A model generated the notes under the pieces. That model made no database searches and had not been told where the DNA came from. It was given only the letters and a program-made list of their open reading frames with translations. Made by a program: the position numbers and the translations under genes. Positions 1 to 11,786 of a stretch of 32,000 bases of DNA are shown here, piece after piece. Source of the stretch: Sodalis sp. Psp (GTDB lineage: Bacteria > Pseudomonadota > Gammaproteobacteria > Enterobacterales > Enterobacteriaceae); the NCBI GenBank assembly GCA_024648745.1, contig JAHCVB010000002.1, forward strand, positions 44,885 to 76,884. The letters are read 5' to 3'. Within the stretch, counting starts at the first letter, position 1; every line of letters starts with the position of its first letter.

Positions 1-476
1 ACTACGCGATCGTCCGCGCGCCAACCCGCCACCGCAAAGCACGTCACTGGCTGGCCAGTGATCGAGGTCAACATATCATACGCCAGGCGAATCTGCCTGG
101 ATAGTTGCCGTTCGTTCCATACACTAACACAGGTTTGCCAGGCGAAATGATCCCAGGCGTGCAGTCCGATTTCATGAGCGGCAGCAGCGGCGCGTATCTC
201 TGTAGCTAGCCCCCGACCAATTTTCCTACCCGGCCAGGCAGTGCCGGCCAGCAAAATATCCCAGCCGTACAGAGAAACGGCTTTGGAGCGTAGCATTTTC
301 AGAAAAAATTGCGGTTTTATTAGTCGCCAAAGATGGCGACCCATATTATCCGGACCTACGCTAAAAAAAAACGTTGCCTTGACTTGCGCCGCCGCTAGTA
401 TCTCTAGCAGACGTGGCACACCATCTCGGGTACCGCGCCAGGTATCAACATCGATACGTAAGCCAACATTTTTCAT
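1..476 (-). CDS. arnD: 4-deoxy-4-formamido-L-arabinose-phosphoundecaprenol deformylase ArnD, N-terminal part (3' end lies beyond the window)
   Basis: Minus-strand translation from the ATG at 476..474 reads [87 protein letters not shown]... It stays open to position 1 and is colinear with E. coli ArnD. There is an ATGA start/stop overlap with arnA. It is absent from the ORF track only because it runs off the window edge. Confidence 0.85.
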   Translation of the reverse strand, partial: MKNVGLRIDVDTWRGTRDGVPRLLEILAAAQVKATFFFSVGPDNMGRHLWRLIKPQFFLKMLRSKAVSLYGWDILLAGTAWPGRKIGRGLATEIRAAAAAHEIGLHAWDHFAWQTCVSVWNERQLSRQIRLAYDMLTSITGQPVTCFAVAGWRADDRV

Positions 477-2455
477 CGCACAGCATCTGGTAAATCGACA
501 GTTTTTAAAAAAAAATCCAGAGTTTCATTGATGGTTTGAACAAAAGGCACCGACGGTGTCCAATTGAGCAAGCGTTTAGCGTTTCGGATACTCGGTTTTC
601 GGTGCTCAACATCCTGGTAACCTTTACCGTAATAGCTACCGCTTTCCACATTACGGAACCCTGCGAATGGGGGAAAGTTCCGATGCAGTGGATGCTGCTC
701 AAAACTTTCTAGCAACAGCTCTGCTAACTGGCGGATACTGGCTTCATTTTCCGGATTACCAATATTGATAATCTGTCCGTCACAGTTTTGATTTTTATTC
801 TCAATAATACGGAACAACGCTTCAATACCGTCGCTGATATCGGTAAAACACCGTCTCTGCGTGCCTCCATCCACCAGTTTAATCGGCAAACCTTCCACTA
901 AATTAAGGATAAGCTGGGTAATAACGCGTGAGCTACCGATACGTGCTGCGTTCAGGCTATCTAGCCTGGGTCCCACCCAATTGAAGGGACGGAACAAAGT
1001 GAAACTCAGGCCTTCTTTTTCTCCATATGCCCACAGGACACGGTCCAGAAGTTGCTTCGATACTGAGTAGATCCAGCGCTGCTTATTAATGGGACCAACA
1101 ATCAGATTGGAGTTGTCTTCGTCAAATACCCGGTCGGTACACATTCCGTAAACTTCTGATGTTGAAGGAAAAATAATGCGTTTTTGGTATTTGACGCAAT
1201 AACGAATAATTTTCAAGTTTTCTTCAAAGTCCAACTCAAACACCCGCAAGGGATTACGCGTATATTCGATCGGTGTGGCGATCGCCACCAGAGGCAGAAC
1301 AATATCGCATTTCTTAATATGATATTCAATCCACTCTGAGTGAATACTGATGTCACCTTCAACAAAATGGAACAGAGGGTTGATCATAAAGCGGCTTATC
1401 GCATCAGCGCCTATATCCAGACCGTAGATTTCATAATTGCCGTCGCGCAACAAGCGTTCTGTTAGATGGTTGCCGATAAAACCGTTTACACCAAGAATGA
1501 GCACATAGACGCGGCGCTTCTGGCTGATAAGAGAGAGATAATGCAGTGAAGCACCACTTACCAGACCCAGAGACTGTGCCAGCTGGCTGCCCTGCATATA
1601 CACGCCATCCTGGCTCTGGCCGGTTTGTACTTCTAGAGCATCTTTGCCGCAGGCGATGATTAGCGGATTAACGGATAGCACAGTACCAGATTGCTTTCCG
1701 GCACTATTCGGCTGCACTCGAGCTTTCCAGACGATGAATTTTTCCTCGCCAACATAACTGAACGCCCCTGGCCAGGGATTGGTCACAGCACGAACTAAAT
1801 TAACTATAGCCATAGCGGGCTGATTCCAATCAATACGACCATCTTCCGGCGTACGCTGACCCACATAAGTAGCGGAGCTGTCGTCCTGAGGGGTCTCATT
1901 GAATTGTTGCGAGCGGATAGCCGGTAAGATGCCTTCCAGTAAAATAGTAGCCGCATCATATAGTTTACGGTGCAGCGTCAAAGCATCGTCCTTTGGAGTA
2001 ATAACCACTTTCCGCTGTGCTAGGATGGCGCCTGCGTCGGCCCGCGCAGTCATACGATGCAGGGTAACGCCGGTTTCTTGTTCACCGTTAATCAATACCC
2101 AATTCAGTGGCGAGCGGCCGCGGTAGCGAGGCAACAGTGAGCCATGGAGATTGAACGCACCTACTGTAGGCAGATTCAGGATGTCCTGGCAAATTAGCTG
2201 ACGATAGTAGAACGAAAAAATCACATCTGGTGCCAATGCTTTTATTCGCTTTATCCAAAGTGGATGATTAACGTCCGCTGGAGCATAGACTGGAATATCG
2301 TGTTCCGCTGCGATGTGCGCCACCGAACCAAACACCGTCTTTTCTGACGGAGCATCAAGATGAGTTATAATAGCTTCGATAGAAAAGCAAGCCTTAATCA
2401 AAGCGATGATGCCCACGCAACCCATATCATGATAAGCAAAGATGGCAGCTTTCAT
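473..2455 (-). CDS. arnA: Bifunctional UDP-glucuronate decarboxylase / UDP-L-Ara4N formyltransferase ArnA
   Basis: This is a 660-aa ORF, the same length class as E. coli ArnA. The N-terminal formyltransferase motif [21 protein letters not shown] is present. The C-terminal SDR domain has the [10 protein letters not shown] Rossmann motif. It sits in the arnC-arnA-arnD order. Confidence 0.95.
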   Translation of the reverse strand: MKAAIFAYHDMGCVGIIALIKACFSIEAIITHLDAPSEKTVFGSVAHIAAEHDIPVYAPADVNHPLWIKRIKALAPDVIFSFYYRQLICQDILNLPTVGAFNLHGSLLPRYRGRSPLNWVLINGEQETGVTLHRMTARADAGAILAQRKVVITPKDDALTLHRKLYDAATILLEGILPAIRSQQFNETPQDDSSATYVGQRTPEDGRIDWNQPAMAIVNLVRAVTNPWPGAFSYVGEEKFIVWKARVQPNSAGKQSGTVLSVNPLIIACGKDALEVQTGQSQDGVYMQGSQLAQSLGLVSGASLHYLSLISQKRRVYVLILGVNGFIGNHLTERLLRDGNYEIYGLDIGADAISRFMINPLFHFVEGDISIHSEWIEYHIKKCDIVLPLVAIATPIEYTRNPLRVFELDFEENLKIIRYCVKYQKRIIFPSTSEVYGMCTDRVFDEDNSNLIVGPINKQRWIYSVSKQLLDRVLWAYGEKEGLSFTLFRPFNWVGPRLDSLNAARIGSSRVITQLILNLVEGLPIKLVDGGTQRRCFTDISDGIEALFRIIENKNQNCDGQIINIGNPENEASIRQLAELLLESFEQHPLHRNFPPFAGFRNVESGSYYGKGYQDVEHRKPSIRNAKRLLNWTPSVPFVQTINETLDFFLKTVDLPDAVR

Positions 2456-3432
2456 TGTGTTTCCTGTTGAGACGAGAGTGAATGTTGACTGACCACACGC
2501 TGGACAAAATAACGGGGCCGGGCGCGCACATCATTATAAATGCGACCGATATATTCCCCCAATAGTCCCATGCTGATGAATTGAGCACCGATAAAAATAA
2601 ACAGAACCGAAAACAGCATAACGACGCCTTCGGCCGCCCAATGGGGTCCGAGAAACAGGCGTAATATGATAAGCAACAGCGAAAAAGCAAACCCCAGAAG
2701 AGTGATAATACTACCGATAACACTCAGCATACGCAGCGGCGTAGTCGTCAGACAGGTAACTAGATCATACATTAAATTAATGAGTTTCATCAGACTATAT
2801 TTGGAATCTCCAAATTCTCTTTCTGCATGCATTACCGGTATTTCAATGGTTTTGCTAGCAAACGTATTGGCTAAAATCGGAATAAAAGTGCTGCGCTCAT
2901 GGCAGTGCAGTATGGCGTCGATAATGTGGCGGCGATAGGCGCGCAGCATGCAGCCATAATCGCCCATCTCTTTGCCGGTAGTGCGTTGAATTAATAGATT
3001 CATCATACGCGAAGCCCGTTTACGGAACCAGCTGTCTTGCCGGTTCTGGCGCACAGTGCCCACTACATCATAACCCTGTGCTGCCACCGCGACCAGGCGA
3101 GGAATCTCTTCCGGTGGATTCTGCAAGTCCGCATCCAAGGTAACCACCAGATCGCCGGTGACATGATTAAATCCCGCCATAATGGCAGAGTGCTGACCAT
3201 AGTTACGGTTTAGCAATACTGCAACAATGCGGCTATCCAGCGCTTTTGCTGCTGCAGTCAGAAGGGTTGTGGAGTTATCACTACTGCCGTCATCTACCAG
3301 TAGAATCTCATAATCGATGCTGAGTTGTTTACAAGCAGCTACAGTACGACTCATCAGATCAGGCAGGCTTTCCTGCTCGTTATAGACTGGGATTACGATC
3401 GAAACTTTACTAATTTCCATTGGTGTCATCAT
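2452..3432 (-). CDS. arnC: Undecaprenyl-phosphate 4-deoxy-4-formamido-L-arabinose transferase ArnC
   Basis: From [26 protein letters not shown]... to ...[10 protein letters not shown] the sequence is colinear with E. coli ArnC (about 322 aa). The start is either the ATG at 3432 or the ATG at 3420. The upstream 54 codons of the tracked ORF (to 3594) are arnB relic sequence, not ArnC. There is an ATGA overlap with arnA at 2452..2455. Confidence 0.9.
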   Translation of the reverse strand: MMTPMEISKVSIVIPVYNEQESLPDLMSRTVAACKQLSIDYEILLVDDGSSDNSTTLLTAAAKALDSRIVAVLLNRNYGQHSAIMAGFNHVTGDLVVTLDADLQNPPEEIPRLVAVAAQGYDVVGTVRQNRQDSWFRKRASRMMNLLIQRTTGKEMGDYGCMLRAYRRHIIDAILHCHERSTFIPILANTFASKTIEIPVMHAEREFGDSKYSLMKLINLMYDLVTCLTTTPLRMLSVIGSIITLLGFAFSLLLIILRLFLGPHWAAEGVVMLFSVLFIFIGAQFISMGLLGEYIGRIYNDVRARPRYFVQRVVSQHSLSSQQETQ

Positions 3433-3945
3433 ATCAAACCATTGCGGTAGCACGTAGCGTTGCAATAACGAGATCAACATCGTCATTATGCTATAAAAAG
3501 GAAAAGCTGAGGTGAACAGGTGTGCACGGAGTTCCAGGGCGCAGATCATGTTTTTTATGGCGTGACATGAGAAAATGGCGGCGCATAACAGCACCCTCGT
3601 GGTAGCCTTTGTACGCTATTTCTACTAAGTAGATAGCATAGGTATCCACTGGCGCGCCGGCGTAATGTATCAACACAATGGCACTGGTGCATGGCGTAAT
3701 TGTCTCTTCTATAAGTGCTAGTGTTACCATGAGTGTGTCGCGATCGATATCAATTATCACTGGCTAGGCGCTAAGCAGGCAGAGCATATTCAATGTAGAA
3801 ACTCCAGTTTGCACTGACAAAAACCCTGTTCCAGGTGTGCACATTTTATACCAATGATTATACGACCTGATTGCAAATCTTCATCGACAGTGACAACTGC
3901 ACCCTCATCCAATATTGGCTTGGAGAACGGCAACAATTTAAACAT
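3433..3945 (-). pseudogene. arnB: Eroded UDP-4-amino-4-deoxy-L-arabinose aminotransferase gene (arnB relic)
   Basis: Three ArnB-like peptide stretches lie in different frames. The first is MFKLLPFSKPILDEGAVVTVDEDLQSGRIIIGIKCAHLEQGFCQ (N-terminus). The second is [29 protein letters not shown]. The third is [15 protein letters not shown] (PLP-lysine motif). About 0.5 kb remains where about 1.1 kb is expected, and the C-terminal half is missing. Confidence 0.8.
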
Positions 3946-4523
3946 TATTTTCTTTAATAATTTTATAACTAAACTGAGATAAAGTAACAGCATTATCGTA
4001 TATTCCGATAAATTGTAAAATGTCTCAATGTGTGATCCTACTACAAATAAGAAAGATCTTAACTGAATTCCATGAAATGAAAATTAGGAGCTGGAATGAA
4101 TAAGAGCTACTTCTAATTAGAATAAGTTGGAGTAATAAAAGAAATCGTTTCCCTCATCTTAACTAAATATTTTTTAAATTAATGAATTATTGAAATTTAA
4201 ATTGGTAGCGATTTTTTTCTAAACCACTTTTCCCATGAAAATGCCGGTCTGACTAGGGGTAGAAACTAGTGTGCCCGACATAGCGGTACCTCCTCTATCG
4301 CAGAGGAGTTTTAGTGCCCACGAGCTTAAGACATATTTTCTGGGACAACTATAAACCAAGTATCGCTGACAGACTCATTGGTGGCATAGAAACGTGCATC
4401 GCTGCAGTGCAGTATTATTCCTAAGTTGACGAATGTCTATAGATAGGGATCATTACCTAAAATTTCTATGGTAATAGAATAATATAAATAATTATAGAAA
4501 TAGTGATAATTTCGTATACCTCT

Positions 4524-4680
4524 TTGTTATATTTTTATTCGGTCAGTCATTTGATGATTAGTGAATAACCAGATCTCAAGGATAATATTGCAGAAGATGA
4601 AGTGATGGGCAGTTTTGATTTTGCCAATTGTGACGTTAGTGCCAGCAGCATATTCAATCATCTCCAGACGTCAGTTACAG
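4524..4680 (-). pseudogene. yidA: Probable relic of the Cof-type HAD sugar phosphatase gene yidA
   Basis: The minus-strand frame reads LEMIEYAAGTNVTIGKIKTAHHF... E. coli YidA has ..NDIAMIEYAGVGVAMDNAIPSVKEVANF.. An SGDD stretch (compare the HAD motif GDxxND) lies in an adjacent frame just upstream. Its position downstream of gyrB fits the E. coli order gyrB-yidB-yidA. Only a short match is available. Confidence 0.4.
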
Positions 4681-4964
4681 ATAATACGGTGTACTTTTCA
4701 TAATAGTGTCATGACAGTGTGTAACTTGCGGGATATACTAGTTCGATGCCTCATAAGCCGTAGTGGTTAGTTACGATTATTACAATCAAATAAAGAATCG
4801 AAGAAACCCCGGGCGTAGAAACATCCTCTCGCTTTGGGGATGGTTATACAAAATTGCCCCCTGTAAAATCTAACTCTATAATATTCTGTACTGATTAAGA
4901 TTTTCTGGTGGCCCGGTACTATGTAAATACCTTTATCACATGCTACTCGTAATTCTGTGTTTCT

Positions 4965-5010
4965 AATTTAATAAAAACCATTCATTGCTATCAATTCCAC
5001 CAAACTGAAG
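4965..5010 (-). pseudogene. yidB: Possible relic of yidB
   Basis: The minus-strand frame reads LQFGGIDSNEWFLLN, compared with E. coli YidB EKLQSGGLGAILSTWLSN. It lies immediately downstream of gyrB, as in E. coli. The match is very short and weak on its own. Confidence 0.25.
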
Positions 5011-5071
5011 GAGTAATTTAGTGAAAAACCAAGATGTTAATTCTAGATATCATTATGGCCGGTGGTAGTCA

Positions 5072-8014
<2,943 letters not shown>

Positions 8015-8037
8015 ACCACCTCATTAAACGGGCCGGG

Positions 8038-9138
8038 CTATAGACGCATCGGCATGACAACATAGGTTGCCGCTTGTCTAGAACAATCTTCAATCTGCAC
8101 ACTGGAAGTCCCATCGGTTATTAATATTCGTACTTCCTCGCATTTTAAGGCGTTCAGTATATCAAGGACGTAACTGACGTTGAAGCCGATTTCTATTTCA
8201 CTACCCTGATAAGTGACATCTAGGATCTCCTCTGCCTCTTCCTGTTCTGGATTATTGGCAGTAATTTTTAGCTGGTTAGCGCTGAGATAAAGTCTAACGC
8301 CACGAAACTTTTCGTTGGAGAGGATCGCGGCTCGGGCAAAGGCTTGCTTAAGCACATCACAGCGAGCTTCCAGAATTTTGTCAGGATTCTTTGGCAATAC
8401 TCGACGGTAATTTGGAAAACGGCCGTCAAGTAGCTTAGAACTAAACATATAATCTCCTATGCTAGCGCAGATATTGTTGCTGCCAATTTGCAGCTTCACA
8501 GGATTATTGCCGCTACCTAGCATGTGTACCAATTCCATCACTCCTTTGCGTGGCACAATGACTGAGTGCGATGGCAACGCCTCACCGATCGGCATCGTGC
8601 AGACCGCTAGACGGTGCCCATCAGTGGCCACAGTGCGCATCTCCTTACCTTCTGTTTCAAATAGCATACCGTTGAGATAGTAACGTACATCTTGATAGGC
8701 CATGGAGAACTGAGTGGATTCAATTAATCGTTTCAAAATTTCTTGTGACAAAATGAACTCCACTTTGCTTTGCCAGTCATCTAAGTTGGGAAAAGTGTTG
8801 GCAGACAGTGTAGAAAGCGAATAGCGGCTGCGACCCGAGCAAATCAGCATTCGATTACTTTCTAGCATTACAGTGATTTCTGCCCCTTCCGGAAGGCCTC
8901 GGCAAATATCAAAGAATTTTCGCGCTGGAACTGTTGTAGCACCTAATTCGTGCACAGCGTTCAATGTGACTCGAGCTACCATTTCTGTTTCTAAATCAGT
9001 GCCAGTTAGTAGCAAGCAATTTTCTATTACTTCTAACAGTACATTGCCTAGAATCGGTAAAGTTGGGCGTCCCCTCAAGGGGCTGCTTACCTGTTGTAGA
9101 GGCCTAAGCAGATGCTCACGTGCAACAATAAACTTCAT
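8038..9138 (-). CDS. dnaN: DNA polymerase III beta sliding clamp
   Basis: This is a 366-aa ORF, the same length as E. coli DnaN. It starts MKFIVAREHLLRPLQQVSSPL and ends YVVMPMRL. It lies directly downstream of dnaA. Confidence 0.97.
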   Translation of the reverse strand: MKFIVAREHLLRPLQQVSSPLRGRPTLPILGNVLLEVIENCLLLTGTDLETEMVARVTLNAVHELGATTVPARKFFDICRGLPEGAEITVMLESNRMLICSGRSRYSLSTLSANTFPNLDDWQSKVEFILSQEILKRLIESTQFSMAYQDVRYYLNGMLFETEGKEMRTVATDGHRLAVCTMPIGEALPSHSVIVPRKGVMELVHMLGSGNNPVKLQIGSNNICASIGDYMFSSKLLDGRFPNYRRVLPKNPDKILEARCDVLKQAFARAAILSNEKFRGVRLYLSANQLKITANNPEQEEAEEILDVTYQGSEIEIGFNVSYVLDILNALKCEEVRILITDGTSSVQIEDCSRQAATYVVMPMRL

Positions 9139-9140
9139 AG

Positions 9141-10529
9141 TTAGGAAGATAAAATTCTGATTAAATTAGATAAATCTTCTTTAATATCATGATTTTCTTC
9201 ACGCAATTTCTCAATTTTACGGCACGCGTGTAGTACCGTGGTATGATCGCGCCCACCAAAAACGTCGCCGATTTCTGGCAGGCTATGATTGGTTAATTCT
9301 TTAGATAACGCCATGGCCATCTGTCGAGGGCGAGCTACCGATCGGGAACGCCTTTTGGAGAGTAAATCAGCCACTTTAATCTTATAATATTCCGCCACGG
9401 TTTTCTGGATATTATCAATGGTGACCAGCTTTTCCTGCAGCGCTAGCAAATCCCGAAGCACTTCGCGTACAAAATCGATAGTAATTACCCGACCGGTAAA
9501 GTTGGCGTTGGCAGTGACACGATTCAATGCTCCTTCTAGTTCACGCACGTTAGAGCGCAGCCGCTTAGCGATGAAAAAAGCCACCTCCCCTGGCAGATGA
9601 ATATCGTTCTCGTCGGCTTTCTTCATTAATATCGCTACACGAGTTTCTAGCTCCGGCGGCTCAATTGCCACCGTCAGCCCCCAGCCAAAACGAGACTTCA
9701 GCCGGTCCTCTACCCCATTAATTTCTTTTGGATATCGGTCTGAAGTCAAAATAATTTGATGATTGCCATCCAAAAGAGAGTTGAAAGTATGGAAAAATTC
9801 CTCTTGAGAGCGCTCTTTATTAGCAAAAAATTGGATATCATCCATAAGTAAAGCATCTACCGATCGGTAGTAGCGTTTAAATTCCTCGATGGCATTGTTT
9901 TGTAGGGCTTTAACCATATCCTGTACAAAGCGCTCGGAATGCATATATATCACCTTGACTTTCGCCGTGCGTGACATGATGCCGTTACCAACTGCATGTA
10001 ACAAGTGAGTTTTGCCCAGTCCAGTTCCGCCGTAAAGGAACAACGGGTTATAAGAACCTGGATTATCAGCGACCTGCCGTGCTGCTGCGCGCGCTAGCTG
10101 ATTCGACTTCCCTTGAACGAAATTATTGAAGTTATGTTTTGGATTCACATTGGAGCGATAAGAACACTCTAGCTGCAGTGGGGCGTTATCCCAGCTCAGA
10201 CGGCTGAGCCTCGAGTTGGAAGCCGATGCCTTAGGTGCCTCGCTGGAATGATAGCTAGCGGGCTGTAATACCGCCATTTGAGGCGATTTACTGCCTACCT
10301 CGAAGCGTAGCAATGGCGCATCGGTGCCGCAGAAATCATTTAATAATACATTAATATTTTTTACATATTTATCTCGCACCCAGTCCAGTACAAACCGATT
10401 AGGGGCATAAAGCGCAAGAGTGTTGTCACTCAGTTCCGCTTGTAGGGGACGTATCCACATACTGAATTCTGTAGCAGGCAACTCATCCTGTAACCGGGCA
10501 AGACACTGCTGCCAAAGCGAAAGCGACAC
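9141..10529 (-). CDS. dnaA: Chromosomal replication initiator DnaA
   Basis: The N-terminus [33 protein letters not shown] matches the E. coli DnaA N-terminus, which also starts at GTG. The Walker A motif [10 protein letters not shown] and the domain IV motif [11 protein letters not shown] are present. The tracked ORF begins four codons earlier at a TTG (10541), and I prefer the GTG at 10529. Confidence 0.95.
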   Translation of the reverse strand: MSLSLWQQCLARLQDELPATEFSMWIRPLQAELSDNTLALYAPNRFVLDWVRDKYVKNINVLLNDFCGTDAPLLRFEVGSKSPQMAVLQPASYHSSEAPKASASNSRLSRLSWDNAPLQLECSYRSNVNPKHNFNNFVQGKSNQLARAAARQVADNPGSYNPLFLYGGTGLGKTHLLHAVGNGIMSRTAKVKVIYMHSERFVQDMVKALQNNAIEEFKRYYRSVDALLMDDIQFFANKERSQEEFFHTFNSLLDGNHQIILTSDRYPKEINGVEDRLKSRFGWGLTVAIEPPELETRVAILMKKADENDIHLPGEVAFFIAKRLRSNVRELEGALNRVTANANFTGRVITIDFVREVLRDLLALQEKLVTIDNIQKTVAEYYKIKVADLLSKRRSRSVARPRQMAMALSKELTNHSLPEIGDVFGGRDHTTVLHACRKIEKLREENHDIKEDLSNLIRILSS

Positions 10530-10742
10530 GGCGGACTCCAATCGAATAAGATCAATATTAGATAAAAGAAATAAAACTATATGATTAAGGAATCATCTTT
10601 TTGACATAGCTTACCGTAATGTAATTGGGCATTTTTTCAAATTATTTCCCTGTAATAAATCCCATCGGGTTCCCGTCAGGATGTGCGAATCATAACGCAA
10701 ACTGCGCTGTAGATCCTCCTCATTCACGCAACTTTGATCTTT

Positions 10743-10751
10743 TTATCCACA
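10743..10751. promoter_or_regulatory. Perfect DnaA box (TTATCCACA) in the dnaA upstream region
   Basis: An exact 9-mer TTATCCACA lies about 215 nt upstream of the dnaA start. It is flanked by GATC sites at 10712, 10736, 10797 and 10878. This is the arrangement known for the autoregulated, SeqA-sequestered dnaA promoter of E. coli. Confidence 0.6.
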
Positions 10752-10924
10752 AGATAATTTAGGAGAATGAGAGTGTATCTGATTCTATCTGTGCTGGATC
10801 CTTGCACTGTAGCATGAACTCTGTATAACTTCTGCTCTACACAGGACACTTTAAATCCTGTTGACTGGTTGGGCGGAGATCTGGAGAAGCACAAATATGC
10901 AGAGGTAGATACATACGATGTAAA

Positions 10925-10953
10925 TTGACTCTGGACTGTATAATTATTATAAT
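10925..10953 (+). promoter_or_regulatory. Candidate sigma70 promoter for rpmH-rnpA
   Basis: The -35 element is TTGACT (10925..10930). The spacer is 17 nt. The -10 element is TATAAT (10948..10953). It lies about 90 nt upstream of the rpmH ATG. This is a motif match only. Confidence 0.5.
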
Positions 10954-11045
10954 CTCATCTCTATTTGATGGCGTCGGCCTTTCCACACTGGTGGGCAAAA
11001 CGCATTTACTGATCAGTAATAATTAAAGCTTAGGTAGAAATCGCT

Positions 11046-11189
11046 ATGAAACGCACTTTCCAACCGTCTGTGTTGAAACGCAGACGTACTCATGGTTTTC
11101 GTGCTCGTATGGCAACAAAGAATGGTCGTCGGGTTTTGGCGCGTCGTCGCGCAAAAGGTCGTACGCACCTGACTGTATCCTCTAGTTAA
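11046..11189 (+). CDS. rpmH: 50S ribosomal protein L34
   Basis: Translation gives [47 protein letters not shown]. It is too short for the ORF track. It is nearly identical to E. coli L34 and lies upstream of rnpA. Confidence 0.95.
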   Translation: MKRTFQPSVLKRRRTHGFRARMATKNGRRVLARRRAKGRTHLTVSSS

Positions 11190-11203
11190 AAGCTTCCCAT
11201 AGG

Positions 11204-11563
11204 GTGGTTGAGTTAGCGTTTTCTCGGGAGTTGCGATTGTTAACTTCCAGTCATTTTACTTTTGTCTTCCAGCAGCCCCAACGGGCCAGCACGCCGTGTA
11301 TCACGATCCTCGGCCGTCTTAATATGCTGGGACATCCTCGTATTGGTCTGACAGTCGCCAAAAAACATGTTAAACAAGCTCGTGAACGCAACCGAATCAA
11401 GAGATTAACGCGTGAAAGCTTCCGCCTACATCAACACTTTTTACCTGCCATGGATTTTGTGGTCATTGTTAAAAGAGGCGTAGCTGATCTAGATAACCAT
11501 GCCTTAACACAAGTATTAGAAAAATTATGGCGCCGCCATTGTCGCCAGTCTCACAACTGTTGA
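11204..11563 (+). CDS. rnpA: RNase P protein component
   Basis: This is a 119-aa ORF with a GTG start. [28 protein letters not shown]...LEKLWRRHC is colinear with E. coli RnpA (119 aa, also a GTG start). Confidence 0.93.
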   Translation: MVELAFSRELRLLTSSHFTFVFQQPQRASTPCITILGRLNMLGHPRIGLTVAKKHVKQARERNRIKRLTRESFRLHQHFLPAMDFVVIVKRGVADLDNHALTQVLEKLWRRHCRQSHNC

Positions 11564-11784
11564 TCGGGGTGATACGAGGGTATCAACTTGTAATCAGCCC
11601 CTTATTGGGACCTCACTGCCGGTTCTGGCCCACTTGTTCACAGTATGGAATTGAGGTGATACGCAAGTTTGGTGTATTAAAAGGCAGTTGGTTGACATTA
11701 AAACGAGTATTAAAATGCCACCCTTTAAACCCAGGTGGCGAAGATCCTGTGCCACCAAAACCCTTTGTCAACAGAGAACACTAA
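11527..11784 (+). CDS. yidD: Membrane protein insertion efficiency factor YidD
   Basis: This is an 85-aa ORF. MAPPLSP...[21 protein letters not shown]...[16 protein letters not shown] is colinear with E. coli YidD. It overlaps the rnpA 3' end by 37 nt. Confidence 0.9.
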   Translation: MAPPLSPVSQLLIGVIRGYQLVISPLLGPHCRFWPTCSQYGIEVIRKFGVLKGSWLTLKRVLKCHPLNPGGEDPVPPKPFVNREH

Positions 11785-11786
11785 CG

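Noticed and set aside
241-531. A 96-aa plus-strand ORF. Many similar 60-140 aa ORFs are nested in or antisense to arnA, gyrB, dnaN, dnaA, yidC, mnmE, lon, clpX, tig, cyoB, cyoC and lnt.
   Set aside because: All lie wholly inside, or antisense to, strongly supported conserved genes. They have low-complexity, Arg/Ser-rich composition typical of out-of-frame translation.
3491-3993. The tracked ORFs 3491..3760 (89 aa) and 3790..3993 (67 aa), considered as independent genes.
   Set aside because: Both are fragments of ArnB in different frames (central block and N-terminus). They are parts of one pseudogene, not separate CDSs.
4046-4063. A PmrA-box-like direct repeat upstream of the arnB relic (minus strand GTTAAG-N6-CTTATT).
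   Set aside because: Each half-site matches only 5 of 6 positions of YTTAAK. The spacer is 6 nt rather than the canonical 5. The context is so AT-rich that a chance match is likely, so it is not reported as a feature.
4086-4116. A mini-ORF with a strong SD on the plus strand (AGGAG-5 nt-ATG AAT AAG AGC TAC TTC TAA). A similar one lies at 5008..5068 (AAGGAG-7 nt-GTG, 15 codons).
   Set aside because: They are too short to evaluate. Both sit in relic DNA, and the second is antisense to the yidB-like fragment. There is no downstream gene that a leader peptide could regulate.
4290-4312. A hairpin CTCCTCT-ATCGC-AGAGGAG followed by TTTT (terminator-like, plus strand).
   Set aside because: There is no upstream plus-strand gene to terminate. 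It probably lies inside relic sequence, and I keep it only as a note.
4735-4775. A tRNA-like T-loop motif (GTTCGAT) in the gyrB-arn spacer.
   Set aside because: The flanking bases do not form a T-stem or an acceptor stem, and no cloverleaf can be drawn.
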